This document shows, piece by piece, positions 19,128 to 29,340 of a stretch of DNA of 64,000 nt (its first letter is position 1; every line of letters begins with the position of its first letter). A program made the position numbers and the translations under genes. Source of the stretch: an uncultured Gammaproteobacteria bacterium. GTDB lineage: Bacteria; Pseudomonadota; Gammaproteobacteria; JACCXJ01. The notes beneath the pieces were generated by a model. It was not told the DNA's origin and searched no databases. It was given only the letters and a program-made list of their open reading frames with translations. Where the stretch lies: NCBI GenBank assembly GCA_963764725.1, contig CAVXTM010000004.1, forward strand, positions 1-64,000. Direction: 5' to 3'.

Positions 19128-19709
19128 GTGTTTCAGCGACATGTCTGTCGACGCCTTGTCCTTGGTTTCTCATTGCTCGGTTTTCTCGCGGTCGCGGGCT
19201 GCGCCTCCGGCCCATCGGTGCGCACGAGCTACGACCAAGGCGTCGATTTCACGCGCTTTCGCACTTTTGGCTTCTTTCAACCGCTGGGAACCGACAGAGC
19301 CGGCTTTCGGTCGCTCGTTTCGCAGCGGCTCATGTCCGCGACGCAGCGGGAGTTGCAGGCGCGAGGACTGCAGCGCGCGGACTCCGACCCGGACTTGCTC
19401 GTGAACTTCAACGCCAATCTCGATCAACGCCTGCGCGTCACACAGACGCCGGTCAGCACCAGCATCGGCGGCTTCTATGGCCACCGGGGAAGGTTCTACA
19501 GCACCTGGCCCATGTACCAGCAAACACAGATCCACCAGTACACCCAAGGCACGCTGGTGGTCGATGTCGTCGATGCAGCCCAGCGGCAGCTGGTGTGGGA
19601 GGGCCTGGCAGTGGGCCGCGTCACGGAGAGAACGGAGCAGAACCTGGGGCCGGTGCTCGATCAGGTGGTTGCAGAGATGTTCGAGCAGTTCCCGCTGCGA
19701 CCGCGCTAG
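19128..19709 (+). CDS. DUF4136-family lipoprotein
   Basis: Lipobox VAGC, DFTRFRTF, YTQGTLVVDVVDA...LVWEG. Confidence 0.8.
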   Translation: MFQRHVCRRLVLGFSLLGFLAVAGCASGPSVRTSYDQGVDFTRFRTFGFFQPLGTDRAGFRSLVSQRLMSATQRELQARGLQRADSDPDLLVNFNANLDQRLRVTQTPVSTSIGGFYGHRGRFYSTWPMYQQTQIHQYTQGTLVVDVVDAAQRQLVWEGLAVGRVTERTEQNLGPVLDQVVAEMFEQFPLRPR

Positions 19710-20186
19710 ATTTTCGTTATCCGTCAGGCGGGGCAGTCGCGGCCCGGTTTGTAGTCCAAGGGTAGGGCACGACCAGGGTCGATCATAGGTACTTCGAGCT
19801 GCGTTTCTCGCAACGTCCGATATTGATTACTGCGAGCTTCGTGCGCCGATTGATGGCGCACCGCACCTCGGCATGCAGGCTAAAGCCCTGACACAGCGTT
19901 GTTCTGTGGGCGGCGCCTGACGTGTAACGTCAGCACCCTCTGGCCCACCCGGGGCCCGAACGCCGCAGGCGTCGGAGCAACAAGGACGTTGCCGGCCAAT
20001 CCAGGGATGGATGCTTCAAACGCAATGCGGGAAGTGCAGGCCGCCGCTTGCAGGGGTGCCAGAGCGCTTTCCGGACTGGGGTCGGCCAAGGTAGTCAAGC
20101 CCTGCTCTTCAGGCGCGCCACGCGCGCGGAATACCGGCACTCGGCGGTGCGGTAGATCCCATTGAGCACGAGGCAGGAAAATCCGG

Positions 20187-20678
20187 CTACGCTTTGGTCG
20201 CGGCGATGGCTGCCTGCAGCTTTTTTTCGTCCTCGTGCGAGAGAGTGGACTTGAGGACCTTGCCACCCGTCCCCGCGAGCTCCTCGAGCACCTTGTCGGG
20301 CGCTGCAGTTTTCACGAGCACGAAGAGCATGGAACTGTCAGGCTTCAGGGTCGACGCCAGTTCCTTCATGAAGTTGTCATTGAGGCCCACTTCGATGAGA
20401 GCGCCGGAAACCCCGCCTGCGGCCGCACCGACCACCATGCCGAGTAGCGGATTGAGGAAGATCAAACCGACGAGTGCCCCCCAAAAACCACCGCTGACCG
20501 CACCCGGGGCCTTCAGCTGGATGGCCTGATGCACGTGGACATCCCCCGCTTTATGCTTCACGGCAAAGGCGGCATCCTCCAGATCGACGAGATAGTCCTT
20601 GTGCATCTTCCGCAATTTGAGATGAACCTCTTCGGCCTTATACGGGTCATCATATCCGACGACGATTAGCGTGTTCAT
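20187..20678 (-). CDS. DUF1269 membrane protein
   Basis: LVDLEDAA, GAVSGGFWGALVGLIFLNPL, VLKSTLSHEDE. Confidence 0.85.
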   Translation of the reverse strand: MNTLIVVGYDDPYKAEEVHLKLRKMHKDYLVDLEDAAFAVKHKAGDVHVHQAIQLKAPGAVSGGFWGALVGLIFLNPLLGMVVGAAAGGVSGALIEVGLNDNFMKELASTLKPDSSMLFVLVKTAAPDKVLEELAGTGGKVLKSTLSHEDEKKLQAAIAATKA

Positions 20679-20943
20679 GCAACTCTTCTCCTTTCGTTCG
20701 ACGTACTGACTTGATTTGAGCGTGACCGCCAACGGCTTCTACGCGGCGTCGTGGATAAGGCCAACTATCAGACCCCCCCGGGTCCCCCCTTGAAGCCTCG
20801 ACCGAATCCAGTGTACGAAGCGAAACAGGGACTGTCAAGGTTCAGTCTTTTCCATATTGTATGAGTCTGAACATATGGGTTGCCGCAGTACCCATTTCCC
20901 TTTCCTCGACTTCCCCGGCAGGTGAGTGAACCCGATCGGGCGA

Positions 20944-21372
20944 CTACTCGATGAACTCGCTGCCGAGGACGTAGGTGTCCCAGAGCTTCCAGCGTCCGCC
21001 TTCCTGGTGAAAGATCGTCATCGTGTCGACGATGTTGTCGTCGAAGCCCTCCGCGCCGGGCGCCGTCACCTTTACCTTGACGCGCGCCACGGCGAACTCG
21101 TCGTCGTGGCCGACGTACTGGAAGGACACCTGCTCGGCCTTGGCGTCGAGAGCGCTGAACTGCGAGCTCAGCTCCGCCTGGGTCTGGGCGTACGCCGGGG
21201 ACTTCGTGTGCACGTATCCCATCGCCGCGGCCACATCCTCGCGGTTGAACGCCGCAATATTATCCTTCGAGAGCCGTTCGAGCGTGGTGACGAGCACCTC
21301 GTCGGCGTGGACCGCCGGGGCCAACGTCACTCCGAGCACCGTCGCGGCGAGAAAGAGAAACCTGGCTTTCAT
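20944..21372 (-). CDS. secreted hypothetical protein (NTF2/SnoaL-like possible)
   Basis: Signal peptide, AAFNREDVAAAM, WKLWDT. GGAG RBS. Confidence 0.6.
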   Translation of the reverse strand: MKARFLFLAATVLGVTLAPAVHADEVLVTTLERLSKDNIAAFNREDVAAAMGYVHTKSPAYAQTQAELSSQFSALDAKAEQVSFQYVGHDDEFAVARVKVKVTAPGAEGFDDNIVDTMTIFHQEGGRWKLWDTYVLGSEFIE

Positions 21373-21407
21373 GGAGAACTCCTCGAATGTCCTTGCGTTG
21401 ATCGAGC

Positions 21408-21800
21408 TCAGAGCACGTTGTGGCCCCGCGACCGCATGCAGTTGTTGAAGGCCCGCTGGAAGGTGGCCTCGGACGCGGAAGCCTGCTGGACCCCACGACC
21501 GATACCGCCCACAGCGGCACCGAGCGCAGCCCCTGTGCCGGCGCTGCCGAAGATGGCCCCCACGGCCGCGCCGCCGGCGGCACCGACGAGTCCACCCGTG
21601 ATGGCCCCTCGCGCGGCCTCGCCGCCGGTCGAGCCGGATGCGTGCCCGGCCAGAGCGCGGCACTCCTCCATGTCGCGGCTCGTGTACTGCGCTCGCGAGT
21701 TGCCGAAGGTGTCGACCGTCGGCGACCACGTGCTCTGGGGGGTCGCGCATCCCACGGCGGCCAGAACTGGGAGAGCGAGAATCAAAACGAGTCTTCGCAT
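21408..21800 (-). CDS. glycine-zipper lipoprotein
   Basis: Lipobox AVGC, Gly/Ala zipper, NCMRSRGHNVL end. Confidence 0.8.
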   Translation of the reverse strand: MRRLVLILALPVLAAVGCATPQSTWSPTVDTFGNSRAQYTSRDMEECRALAGHASGSTGGEAARGAITGGLVGAAGGAAVGAIFGSAGTGAALGAAVGGIGRGVQQASASEATFQRAFNNCMRSRGHNVL

Positions 21801-21964
21801 GATGGGAACCCTCCTGAAATCGAGTGCCTCGGACGAGGTGCGCCGCCTATGACTGGCCTCGTTCAGAGCCGCCTGCACTTTGGTTTCGTCTTCTGGCACA
21901 CGCACCTCAACGATTTTCGCGAACTTCCAACGCGGATCTTTATACGTTCATTACGAAGGGCCTG

Positions 21965-22489
21965 TCAAGAGCCAGTCTCTTCCAATATGAGATGCTCGGC
22001 GGCGTGGTAGAAGTCGATGATCTCCTCACCCGCGGGCAGTTCATCGCTGAGGAAGGTCCAGTTGTCCTTGGCCCCGTCGGCAAGCTTGACCACCCGCAAC
22101 GGCGGGCGTTGTCGGAGTGCGGCCGCCACCTCCGCCGCTAGCATCGTCTTCACGGTCGCTTTCTTTGACTCCGGCATCCGCGCCATGCGCACCGTGCCCA
22201 GCCGCTCGCCTTCGACATCGTGAAAGCTCAGCGTCGCACAGCCCACTTCTTGATAGCCGGCCGGTCCTTTCGTGCGCTTGCCTTCGGCAACACCCTGGTC
22301 GCGCTTGGCAGCGCGTGCCCCGTCCTTCATCGGCGTCATCACCCCATCGAGCGACACCGCCACCGTGACCGCCGCTTCGGGAATCGTCATCGCTCCGTGC
22401 AACTGCGCCTCGAAGTGTTCCCGTTGCGCTTCCCACTGCGCCGAGCACTGCTTCGGCAACCGATCCAGACTGCTCTTCGAGGGGCTCAT
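21965..22489 (-). mobile_element. ISKra4-like transposase internal fragment
   Basis: PSKSSLDRLPK, VSLDGVM, KLADGAKDNW, IDFYHAAEHL. Confidence 0.7.
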
Positions 22490-22494
22490 GATAT

Positions 22495-22724
22495 GGTATG
22501 AGTCTGAACATGGGTCCGTATTTCCAACGAGGTATGAGTCTGAAGGCTAGGGTTTGGGTCGATCATTGCCGCATGGTGATCGACATGAACGAAACGCAGC
22601 TCAAGATGGCGGCGCAGTTACGCGCTTTTTTTCAACGGCACGCTGGCTTCGAGTTCCAACCTATAGGCGAGGGCAGCTTGCGCTACGAGCGCATCGCAGC
22701 GGTACTCAGGCGCTTGGGGTACCC
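22495..22724 (+). mobile_element. IS end and 5' transposase/integrase remnant
   Basis: Repeated gtatgagtctgaa motif (~22497, ~22532, also ~20859) followed by MVIDMNETQLK..AQLRAF, truncated at YPR. Confidence 0.55.
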
Positions 22725-22858
22725 GAGGAAAAAGGTCTTTTAAAATTCTTATTCTCAATCGGCCACCCTCGTGATTGACAACTCATCGGACACACCGTAT
22801 ATTCCTGTTTAATAAAAAGGCTGGTTATTTTTCTATTCTTTTCAAGGGGGATTCGAGC

Positions 22859-23266
22859 ATGCAGACGGGATTGGCCAAACGAATCGACGAACTCGTCGAG
22901 TGCGGGTGGGAACCCATGACGACCACGGAGACCAGCGGGAGCCTCGTCGGACGCAGGCCGTTCAGCTTTTGGTTGTTCTTGTTCATGGTGATCTTCTTTC
23001 CGGTCTTCGGAGGCATCCTGTACCTGATCTTCTGGCTGGCGACCTCTCGGGCGACCGTCTTCCTCCACCAGGATGGCGACCAGGTCCACGAAGCGGGCGA
23101 TCTGTGGCTGGTCCGGATGCAGGAGGCCCGGAGGGACGCGCACATCCGCGAGATGAAGCAGATCAAGGAGCGGGGCTTCCTGGCCGTGATGTGGCCGAAG
23201 CTCCTGGCTTTCCTCGTGTTGATGGTTCTGTGGATTGTTTTCCTGCGCTGGTACTTCTACTCCTAG
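22859..23266 (+). CDS. small membrane protein, hypothetical
   Basis: GC3-biased ORF with 3 TM segments. Confidence 0.65.
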   Translation: MQTGLAKRIDELVECGWEPMTTTETSGSLVGRRPFSFWLFLFMVIFFPVFGGILYLIFWLATSRATVFLHQDGDQVHEAGDLWLVRMQEARRDAHIREMKQIKERGFLAVMWPKLLAFLVLMVLWIVFLRWYFYS

Positions 23267-23455
23267 CTCCACGTTTCGTCTCTCGCCGGCTACGGGCTCG
23301 AGAGGACCACCTGCCACCTGGCGGGCCGATTACGAGGTTCAACGACGAGTTCGACGCCTCGAATGCGGCCCTAGCCCACGGCTCTGCGCTGCGCAGAGTG
23401 CGCCCATGAGACGCTCGTCGCCCTTTCGTGTAAAAAGCGTGGCTTTTGTCCAGTG

Positions 23456-23580
23456 CGCGGATTCACGAAGTAAGCGCAACGCGTCTTGAACGAGGGTGGG
23501 GAGCGGTGACACTTGCTGCCTCCTCATCCGGCCAGAAACGTGGTTACACCCATGACGACGTACCACCAGCTCACCCAAGT
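23456..23580 (+). mobile_element. IS30-like left-end remnant
   Basis: aagtaagcgcaac end-like motif followed by MTTYHQLTQ, typical of IS30 transposase starts. Confidence 0.45.
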
Positions 23581-23616
23581 CGTGGCGTACGGGAGTCGTC
23601 ATGACTGTCGGCGAGG

Positions 23617-24699
23617 CTACTTCTTGACGTTCGCGAAGATCGCGCGCTCTTTGTCCGCGCGATGCATGTCGAGCACACCACCTTCGACGCTCCAGGTGAC
23701 CGCGGACTCGAGCGCGGCCAGGAACTCGCGCTCCTGGACCATGAGTTCCTCGGCGCACGACTTTCGGGTGGTTATCGCAGGTCCGACCTTGAGGCTGGTC
23801 CCCTGCGTGGAGTAGGGCGCCCGGAAGGTGTTGCAGCCGGCGTTGCCCGACGCCGTCCCTTCTGCGAAGGAGAAGGTGATCCGGGTTCCCGCGAGGAGGC
23901 TGACGACGGCGTGCCGGTTGTTGTTGAAGCCGGTGACGTCCCAGGTGACGCCCTCGATCCGCGGAGCCGGTTCGGGCTCGAACGCGAGCACGTCGCCCGA
24001 TGCGGCGGTCAGGCTCAACCGGTCGCCCGTGATCGTGTAGCGGACCGTACCCGAGAACGCCGCCCTGAGAGCGCTCTCGAACGACATCGCCGGCTCGGGG
24101 CAGGCCATCATCGTGCCCGCGAGCTGCCCAAGCGTCACGCGATCCGCGTCGACCGTGTACGAGCCCATGAAGTTGTTGCAGCCCGAGAACCCCGAGACCC
24201 GACCCGCCTCGAATCGCGCGGTCGCGGGACGCGACAACGCAGCGAGGACCTTCGGGTCCTTCCCGGAGAGGCTGGTGAGCCGCCACGAGACGCCCTCGAG
24301 CCTCCTCGCGTTCGCGGCAGAGCCGGCCGGCACCGGGACCCGGCAGCATCCCGCAAGGAATCTCAGGTCGGGCAGCGAGACCCGCGCCGTCACGGGGTGC
24401 TTCGCGTCGGACATGCCGTCGCTGCAGGCGGCGTCCCGCAGGAAGACCACGAGGTCACGGCCCGCGGCTGGCGACCCACGCCAGAGCCCCTCACGAAGCA
24501 CCTCGTTGCGGGTCGCGACACCCCGGAATGTCATGGGCTCTTCACCGGGAATCGTGACACGGGCGATGCCGGGTGCTGTGAGCTCGACGCTCCACGAGGG
24601 CTCGTTGCCGAAACAAACGAGCGGCGACTCCCCAGCCGCCGCCGCGCAGGAAGAGGCCACCACACACAAGACTGCCACACCGAATCTGAGCATCGTCAT
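23617..24699 (-). CDS. secreted protein with COG3650-like N domain and two META (HslJ) domains
   Basis: GNEPSW..CSDGMSD, two repeats of SG..GCN.F...T.MAC/TRKSC. Confidence 0.85.
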   Translation of the reverse strand: MTMLRFGVAVLCVVASSCAAAAGESPLVCFGNEPSWSVELTAPGIARVTIPGEEPMTFRGVATRNEVLREGLWRGSPAAGRDLVVFLRDAACSDGMSDAKHPVTARVSLPDLRFLAGCCRVPVPAGSAANARRLEGVSWRLTSLSGKDPKVLAALSRPATARFEAGRVSGFSGCNNFMGSYTVDADRVTLGQLAGTMMACPEPAMSFESALRAAFSGTVRYTITGDRLSLTAASGDVLAFEPEPAPRIEGVTWDVTGFNNNRHAVVSLLAGTRITFSFAEGTASGNAGCNTFRAPYSTQGTSLKVGPAITTRKSCAEELMVQEREFLAALESAVTWSVEGGVLDMHRADKERAIFANVKK

Positions 24700-24884
24700 C
24701 GTCTCCAGGAACGGCCGCAGCCTAGCACGCTCGCGTCGTCCGTAGAAATGGTGCGCGTTCCCTGTCATCGAGGCTGGACCATCAGCTTAGATCGTGGAGA
24801 TAGGGATAAGAAAATCAATCCGGCACCCAAGCCAGGACGGCCCGCTGGTCCGCTGCAATCAGGTGCTTGAGCTGGCAGATGCAG

Positions 24885-25742
24885 TTATGTTAGGCCCTTG
24901 CGCGAACCGAACTTGTGGGAGTACGCCCACGTGAATTCCGCGCCGAACAAAAAAATCTGAGCGGAGTAGTAAACCCACAGCAGCACTATGACGAGCGACG
25001 CGGCTGCCCCGTAGCCTGAGGAGATGGCGCTGCGTCCGATGTAGGCGCCGATCAGAAACCTGCCGGTGACAAACAACAGCGAGGTGACGGCCGCGCCGAT
25101 CCAGACATCTTTCCAATCGACCTGCACGCGCGGTATCGTCTTGTAGATCATTGCGAACACCGCGGTCGACAGCACGAAGCCGAGCGCGGGGTCGATCGCC
25201 TGCGCAATCGTCTCCCATCCACCGAACAGCGGGTCCCACCATCGGCTCAGCGCGGCCAGGGTGGCGCTGAACGCCAGCGACACCATCAACAGGAAGCCAA
25301 TACCGAGAATCATCCCGAACGACAACAGCCGGGCACGCACAAATCGCCACACACCGGTGTGCCCGCTCTTTGCTGGCGCCCGCCAGATGCGATCGAGAGC
25401 GTCCTGAAGTTCGGCAAAGACGGATGTCGCGCCAATGTAGAACAGGACAAGGCCGAAGGCTGTGGCGAGCACGTTTTCGACTGGCTTACCGCCGCTTTCG
25501 ATGAGGCCCTGCACCGCCAACGCGCCCTGCGGGCCGAGCATACCGTCCAACTGATCGAAAATTTCGCCGCGGGCGGCTTCTTCGCCGAAAACCATTCCAG
25601 CGATCGAAATCACGATCAGCAACAGCGGGGCGATCGAGAAGATCGTGTAAAAGGCCAATGCTGCACCCATGCTCTGGGCATAGTCCTGCACCCAGTTGAC
25701 GGCGGTAGCCTTGAGCAAATCCACGACATCCTTGCGACTCAT
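24885..25742 (-). CDS. YihY/virulence factor BrkB-family membrane protein
   Basis: GAALAFYTIFSIAPLL, ELQDALDRIW, YGAAASL..LLWVYYSAQIFLFGAEF. Confidence 0.9.
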   Translation of the reverse strand: MSRKDVVDLLKATAVNWVQDYAQSMGAALAFYTIFSIAPLLLIVISIAGMVFGEEAARGEIFDQLDGMLGPQGALAVQGLIESGGKPVENVLATAFGLVLFYIGATSVFAELQDALDRIWRAPAKSGHTGVWRFVRARLLSFGMILGIGFLLMVSLAFSATLAALSRWWDPLFGGWETIAQAIDPALGFVLSTAVFAMIYKTIPRVQVDWKDVWIGAAVTSLLFVTGRFLIGAYIGRSAISSGYGAAASLVIVLLWVYYSAQIFLFGAEFTWAYSHKFGSRKGLT

Positions 25743-25789
25743 GTTGCCGCTCCACGTCGCTCGTGGGGCATCTTTGCCTGGTTCCTCGC

Positions 25790-26040
25790 GCGGTTGAAGC
25801 ACCGCACCGCGATCAGCCGCGTTCCGGCAAATTCGGAAAACACGATGGCCATGATCACAGTGATCAAGACAGCCAAAAAGGCGCCTGGAATGCCCCACAG
25901 TCCTGACCAGACCGTCAGGCTGACCAGAATGGCGAAAGGACTGAGATTGAGCGAATTACCCATCACGCATGGGTCGAGAAAGTTGCCGATGAGAAGCTGA
26001 ACGACAGTTAGAAGCAACAACACGGCAAAGACCTCGTTCG
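25790..26040 (-). pseudogene. AI-2E-family transporter, 3' fragment
   Basis: IGNFLDP.VMGNSLNLSP...WSGLWGIPGAFLAV. Confidence 0.7.
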
Positions 26041-26249
26041 GATTTCCGAATCTTCGGTGTACGCGCGTCGCTCCGCTCGAATTTCCCGGCACAATTAGCA
26101 ATGACTGCCATCGGGATCCGTTGCGATAAGCCCGATCCACGCGCCGCAACGCAGCGTGGAATGATCGTCGGCTGATCATACACCGCGTTGCAATACGAAA
26201 TCCAACCAATAGGATCGAAGGCGGTCAAGCTATAGATCGGGTAGCGGCG

Positions 26250-27041
26250 CTACAGCGGTGCACGGTTCATCGGTGTCCGCAGCTTGAGCATGCGCAGCAG
26301 CCGGAAGACTGCCGCCGCCGCGAGCAGATGCTTTAGTGTATGCCCGCTCACGATCTCGCCGGTAGCGGTGAAGATCGCGCGATCGAAGTGCTCGGCGATC
26401 TTCGCCAGCGCATACAGGATTGCCACCACGAAAAAATCCCCGTCCCGCGTATAGCGGGGAGGGAAGAGCGCAATCATGAGCAGGACAAGGAGCGCCGAGC
26501 CGAACTGCACCGCGCCATAGGGGTTCAGGTTCTCGACGCCTTGCGCGGCGCTCCAGCGCCAATACCACACGCTCGCCGCCCCGAGCAGGCCCAGCGGAAT
26601 GAGCAGCCGCCGGCCCGCCTTCACGCTGATGCGCTCGCTCACCGCAGCCGCGACGATCCCCATGAACCCGATGGCCATGGGCAGCCGATCCCAGGCGAGG
26701 CGCGGACTGTCCGGCGCCGCATGGTAATACCACGAACCGCAGCAGGTCAGCGCGGTCGCGGCGAACACCAAGCCCCATGCCCATCGCTCCGACGAGTCTT
26801 GGAACGCCCTGCTGCCGTCCGCCTGCGTCCCCATGAGCACGAAGTGCAGCCCCATCACGCCCGCGACGAAGAAAGCCAGGTTCGACGTCACGTTGAGGAA
26901 GTTGGCGATGCCCAGCATCGGCCGCTGGTCCGCGAAGTAGTGGTAGTCCTCGGGCTGCGCGAACCGCGGTGCAATCCCGGCGGCGAAAGCGATCGTGGCA
27001 GCGCTTGCCCAGACGATGGCAATGCGCGTTTCGCGGCTCAT
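26250..27041 (-). CDS. alkaline ceramidase-like membrane protein
   Basis: YHYFADQR, NVTSNLAF, GSWYYH, WDRLPM, SGHTLKHL. Confidence 0.8.
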   Translation of the reverse strand: MSRETRIAIVWASAATIAFAAGIAPRFAQPEDYHYFADQRPMLGIANFLNVTSNLAFFVAGVMGLHFVLMGTQADGSRAFQDSSERWAWGLVFAATALTCCGSWYYHAAPDSPRLAWDRLPMAIGFMGIVAAAVSERISVKAGRRLLIPLGLLGAASVWYWRWSAAQGVENLNPYGAVQFGSALLVLLMIALFPPRYTRDGDFFVVAILYALAKIAEHFDRAIFTATGEIVSGHTLKHLLAAAAVFRLLRMLKLRTPMNRAPL

Positions 27042-27098
27042 AGAAAAGGTGTGCGTCCCCTTTTCGCTTTCGCCTTTTCGCTTTTCGTCCCGGGGGCC

Positions 27099-28355
27099 TC
27101 AGTTCCCTTCGCGGCGCAATTCGGGCGCGATCTCGTACACCGCAGCTCCGACGCGCTCGGGATAGTCGTCCGGGAAGGTCCACATGCTGCGGTCCGGCGC
27201 GTGCACCAGGCCGCGCCAGGCCGGGTCGAAGGGATAGATCATCGACAGCAGCACGTCGCTGGAGATCTTCTCGTTGGCCACCCAGTAGCCGTGGCCGCGC
27301 ATGCCGGCGAGCTCGTGGGCGCCGTACACGTCGGCCACGTCGATGCCCACCAGGCGATCGTTGCTCGAAAGGGTCTCCAGTTCGTCCCGCGTGAGCTCGT
27401 CGAAACGCGGACGCCCCAGGCGCGAAGCGCGGGACAGGAGAGCCGCGAACTGGAGCGCGCCGTCGTTCTCCGAGACGTACACCTCCGTGCGCCTGGCGAT
27501 GTCGTTCAGCGCCGGCAGGTGGGAACGCGCGAAGGTCTGGAGGTCGATGTCGGCGGCCACGAAGATCGCGTTGGCGATGCGATAGCGGCGCTGCAGCGCC
27601 GCGTGGTCCTCCGCGGGGTGGCGGTTGCGCAGCTCGACCAGCGCCTCGGCGAGCAGCGGCGAGCCGCAGCTGAAGGCGATCAGATTGATGCGTCGGGCCT
27701 GGCTGCGCTCGGCGACCAGCTCCACCAGCCGCGCGATGTCCGGCACGAAGGCGCGCGCGCGCGGACAGTCGACCAGGTAGTTCCAGACCGAAGTGCCCGT
27801 CGGCCAGCTGAAGGCCACCACCGACGACGAGCGACCGAGGTAGTGCGCCCAGCTGCCCATCAGCACCATCACCTGGTCGAAGGTGACGCGGTACCCCGGC
27901 ACGTAGATCACCGCTTCCCCGGTGCGCGAGGTCTGGACCTGCCGATCGATGCCGTCGATGAAGGCGCGATCGGCGTCGCTCCCCAGCACGCCGAACTCCT
28001 CGACCGACGTGACGCGGGCCGGGCGCAGCGCGTCGATGCTGCTGTTGCGATCCGATTCCACGAGATCGGCGAAGGACCAGCCGGGCTCGCCGAGCTGCAC
28101 GTGCGCGAGGCCGAGGCGCACCGCATCGCCTCTGCTCTGGGAATAGCGTTCGGGATATCCCTCGGGTGCCGGCGCTCGCGTCGTGGCGTAGAAGACGCGC
28201 ACGTCGGTGTCGCGATTCTCGGGCGCCACGAAGCGCGTGAAGTCGAGACGCGGATCCTTCATGAGGATCGGCGCCGGGAACATGGTCCAGTAGCGTTCGC
28301 CGGCTGCACAACCGAACAGCACACCGACGAGTAGGAGGGCGGCGACACGGTCCAT
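27099..28355 (-). CDS. DUF900-like alpha/beta hydrolase lipoprotein
   Basis: Lipobox LFGC, VFYATTR, YVPGY, FSWP, AFSCG nucleophile elbow, AADID, GHGYW. Confidence 0.75.
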   Translation of the reverse strand: MDRVAALLLVGVLFGCAAGERYWTMFPAPILMKDPRLDFTRFVAPENRDTDVRVFYATTRAPAPEGYPERYSQSRGDAVRLGLAHVQLGEPGWSFADLVESDRNSSIDALRPARVTSVEEFGVLGSDADRAFIDGIDRQVQTSRTGEAVIYVPGYRVTFDQVMVLMGSWAHYLGRSSSVVAFSWPTGTSVWNYLVDCPRARAFVPDIARLVELVAERSQARRINLIAFSCGSPLLAEALVELRNRHPAEDHAALQRRYRIANAIFVAADIDLQTFARSHLPALNDIARRTEVYVSENDGALQFAALLSRASRLGRPRFDELTRDELETLSSNDRLVGIDVADVYGAHELAGMRGHGYWVANEKISSDVLLSMIYPFDPAWRGLVHAPDRSMWTFPDDYPERVGAAVYEIAPELRREGN

Positions 28356-28687
28356 AGGGCGAGCGTAGCCGCGTGCGTGGGAATGTTCAAGCACACTGCG
28401 CGCCACCGATCGGGAGCGTGCGCCGGTGCAGGAGGAGCCAGGCGAAGACGCAGGCGATGAGACCCCGCCAGCGGGCACGTGCTTCAGATTGTGCCCGCTC
28501 AAGCTGCCCCAGGTCGCAAACCCGATCTGCCAGTGAGCATAGTCAACATGAACGCCCTCTGCCCTCGCTCCCGCTGCTGGGTCCCGTCCCCATGACGTCC
28601 GGATAGGACGTCCAAGCGGGTGATTCTAGGTCTGAGAAGGCCCATTCTGTCAAATCGCGGTCTAACGATTCCCCCGCTCTCGGGCGA

Positions 28688-29248
28688 TTACGCGGCGTCG
28701 TTTTTGCCCCGGCGTGGCCAGAAGGTGATGGCAAGCCCGATGAGAAGCACAGCGGCCAGGAGCAAAAAGAGTGCGGACTGTTTGAACCACGCGATCGCCG
28801 GCACCGAAAGTACCATGGCGAGGCCCAGAAAGCAGATTTGCAAGGAAAGGAGATTGACTCCGGCGAGAAAAGTGCCGAGCGCAAGCAACATCAAAAAAAC
28901 CAGACTCTGTGCCGGCCTAGGCACCAGACTTTGAACCCCGGGTAACAGCATGATGTTCATCATGACCAAAAAAGTCGTCCAGTGGAGCGCTTGCGTCCAA
29001 ACTAGCCGAAGGTGAGCTTCCCTGTTGTCAACCTTAGGCCATTCCGTGAGAACGCAGACAGCTCCGATTGCAAGAGCCAAAAACTCCCAGAAGCCAGCGA
29101 GAGGGCGGTGCGAAATGCTGTTATAGGCCACGCCGAGAATTGCCAGCGTTAGTACGACAACGAAAGGCAACTTCGCCCGTAAAAAGCTCACTTTCCGGGA
29201 ATGGCCCGGGGGATCAGCTGTATCTTGTGTCAATCTCGGTTCGCTCAT
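28688..29248 (-). CDS. hypothetical membrane protein
   Basis: Multi-TM ORF, TQALHW motif. Confidence 0.7.
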   Translation of the reverse strand: MSEPRLTQDTADPPGHSRKVSFLRAKLPFVVVLTLAILGVAYNSISHRPLAGFWEFLALAIGAVCVLTEWPKVDNREAHLRLVWTQALHWTTFLVMMNIMLLPGVQSLVPRPAQSLVFLMLLALGTFLAGVNLLSLQICFLGLAMVLSVPAIAWFKQSALFLLLAAVLLIGLAITFWPRRGKNDAA

Positions 29249-29340
29249 TACTAGTCTCCAATTCCGAACACCCAGTTAGCATCGCGCTCGCATGTGTCAT
29301 TCCACTAGAAGCTGCATGACTCTCAAATCCCTGAATATCG

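Noticed and set aside
26230-28334. 693-aa and 664-aa long ORFs
   Set aside because: Alternative-frame and antisense shadows of the high-GC ceramidase-like and hydrolase genes.
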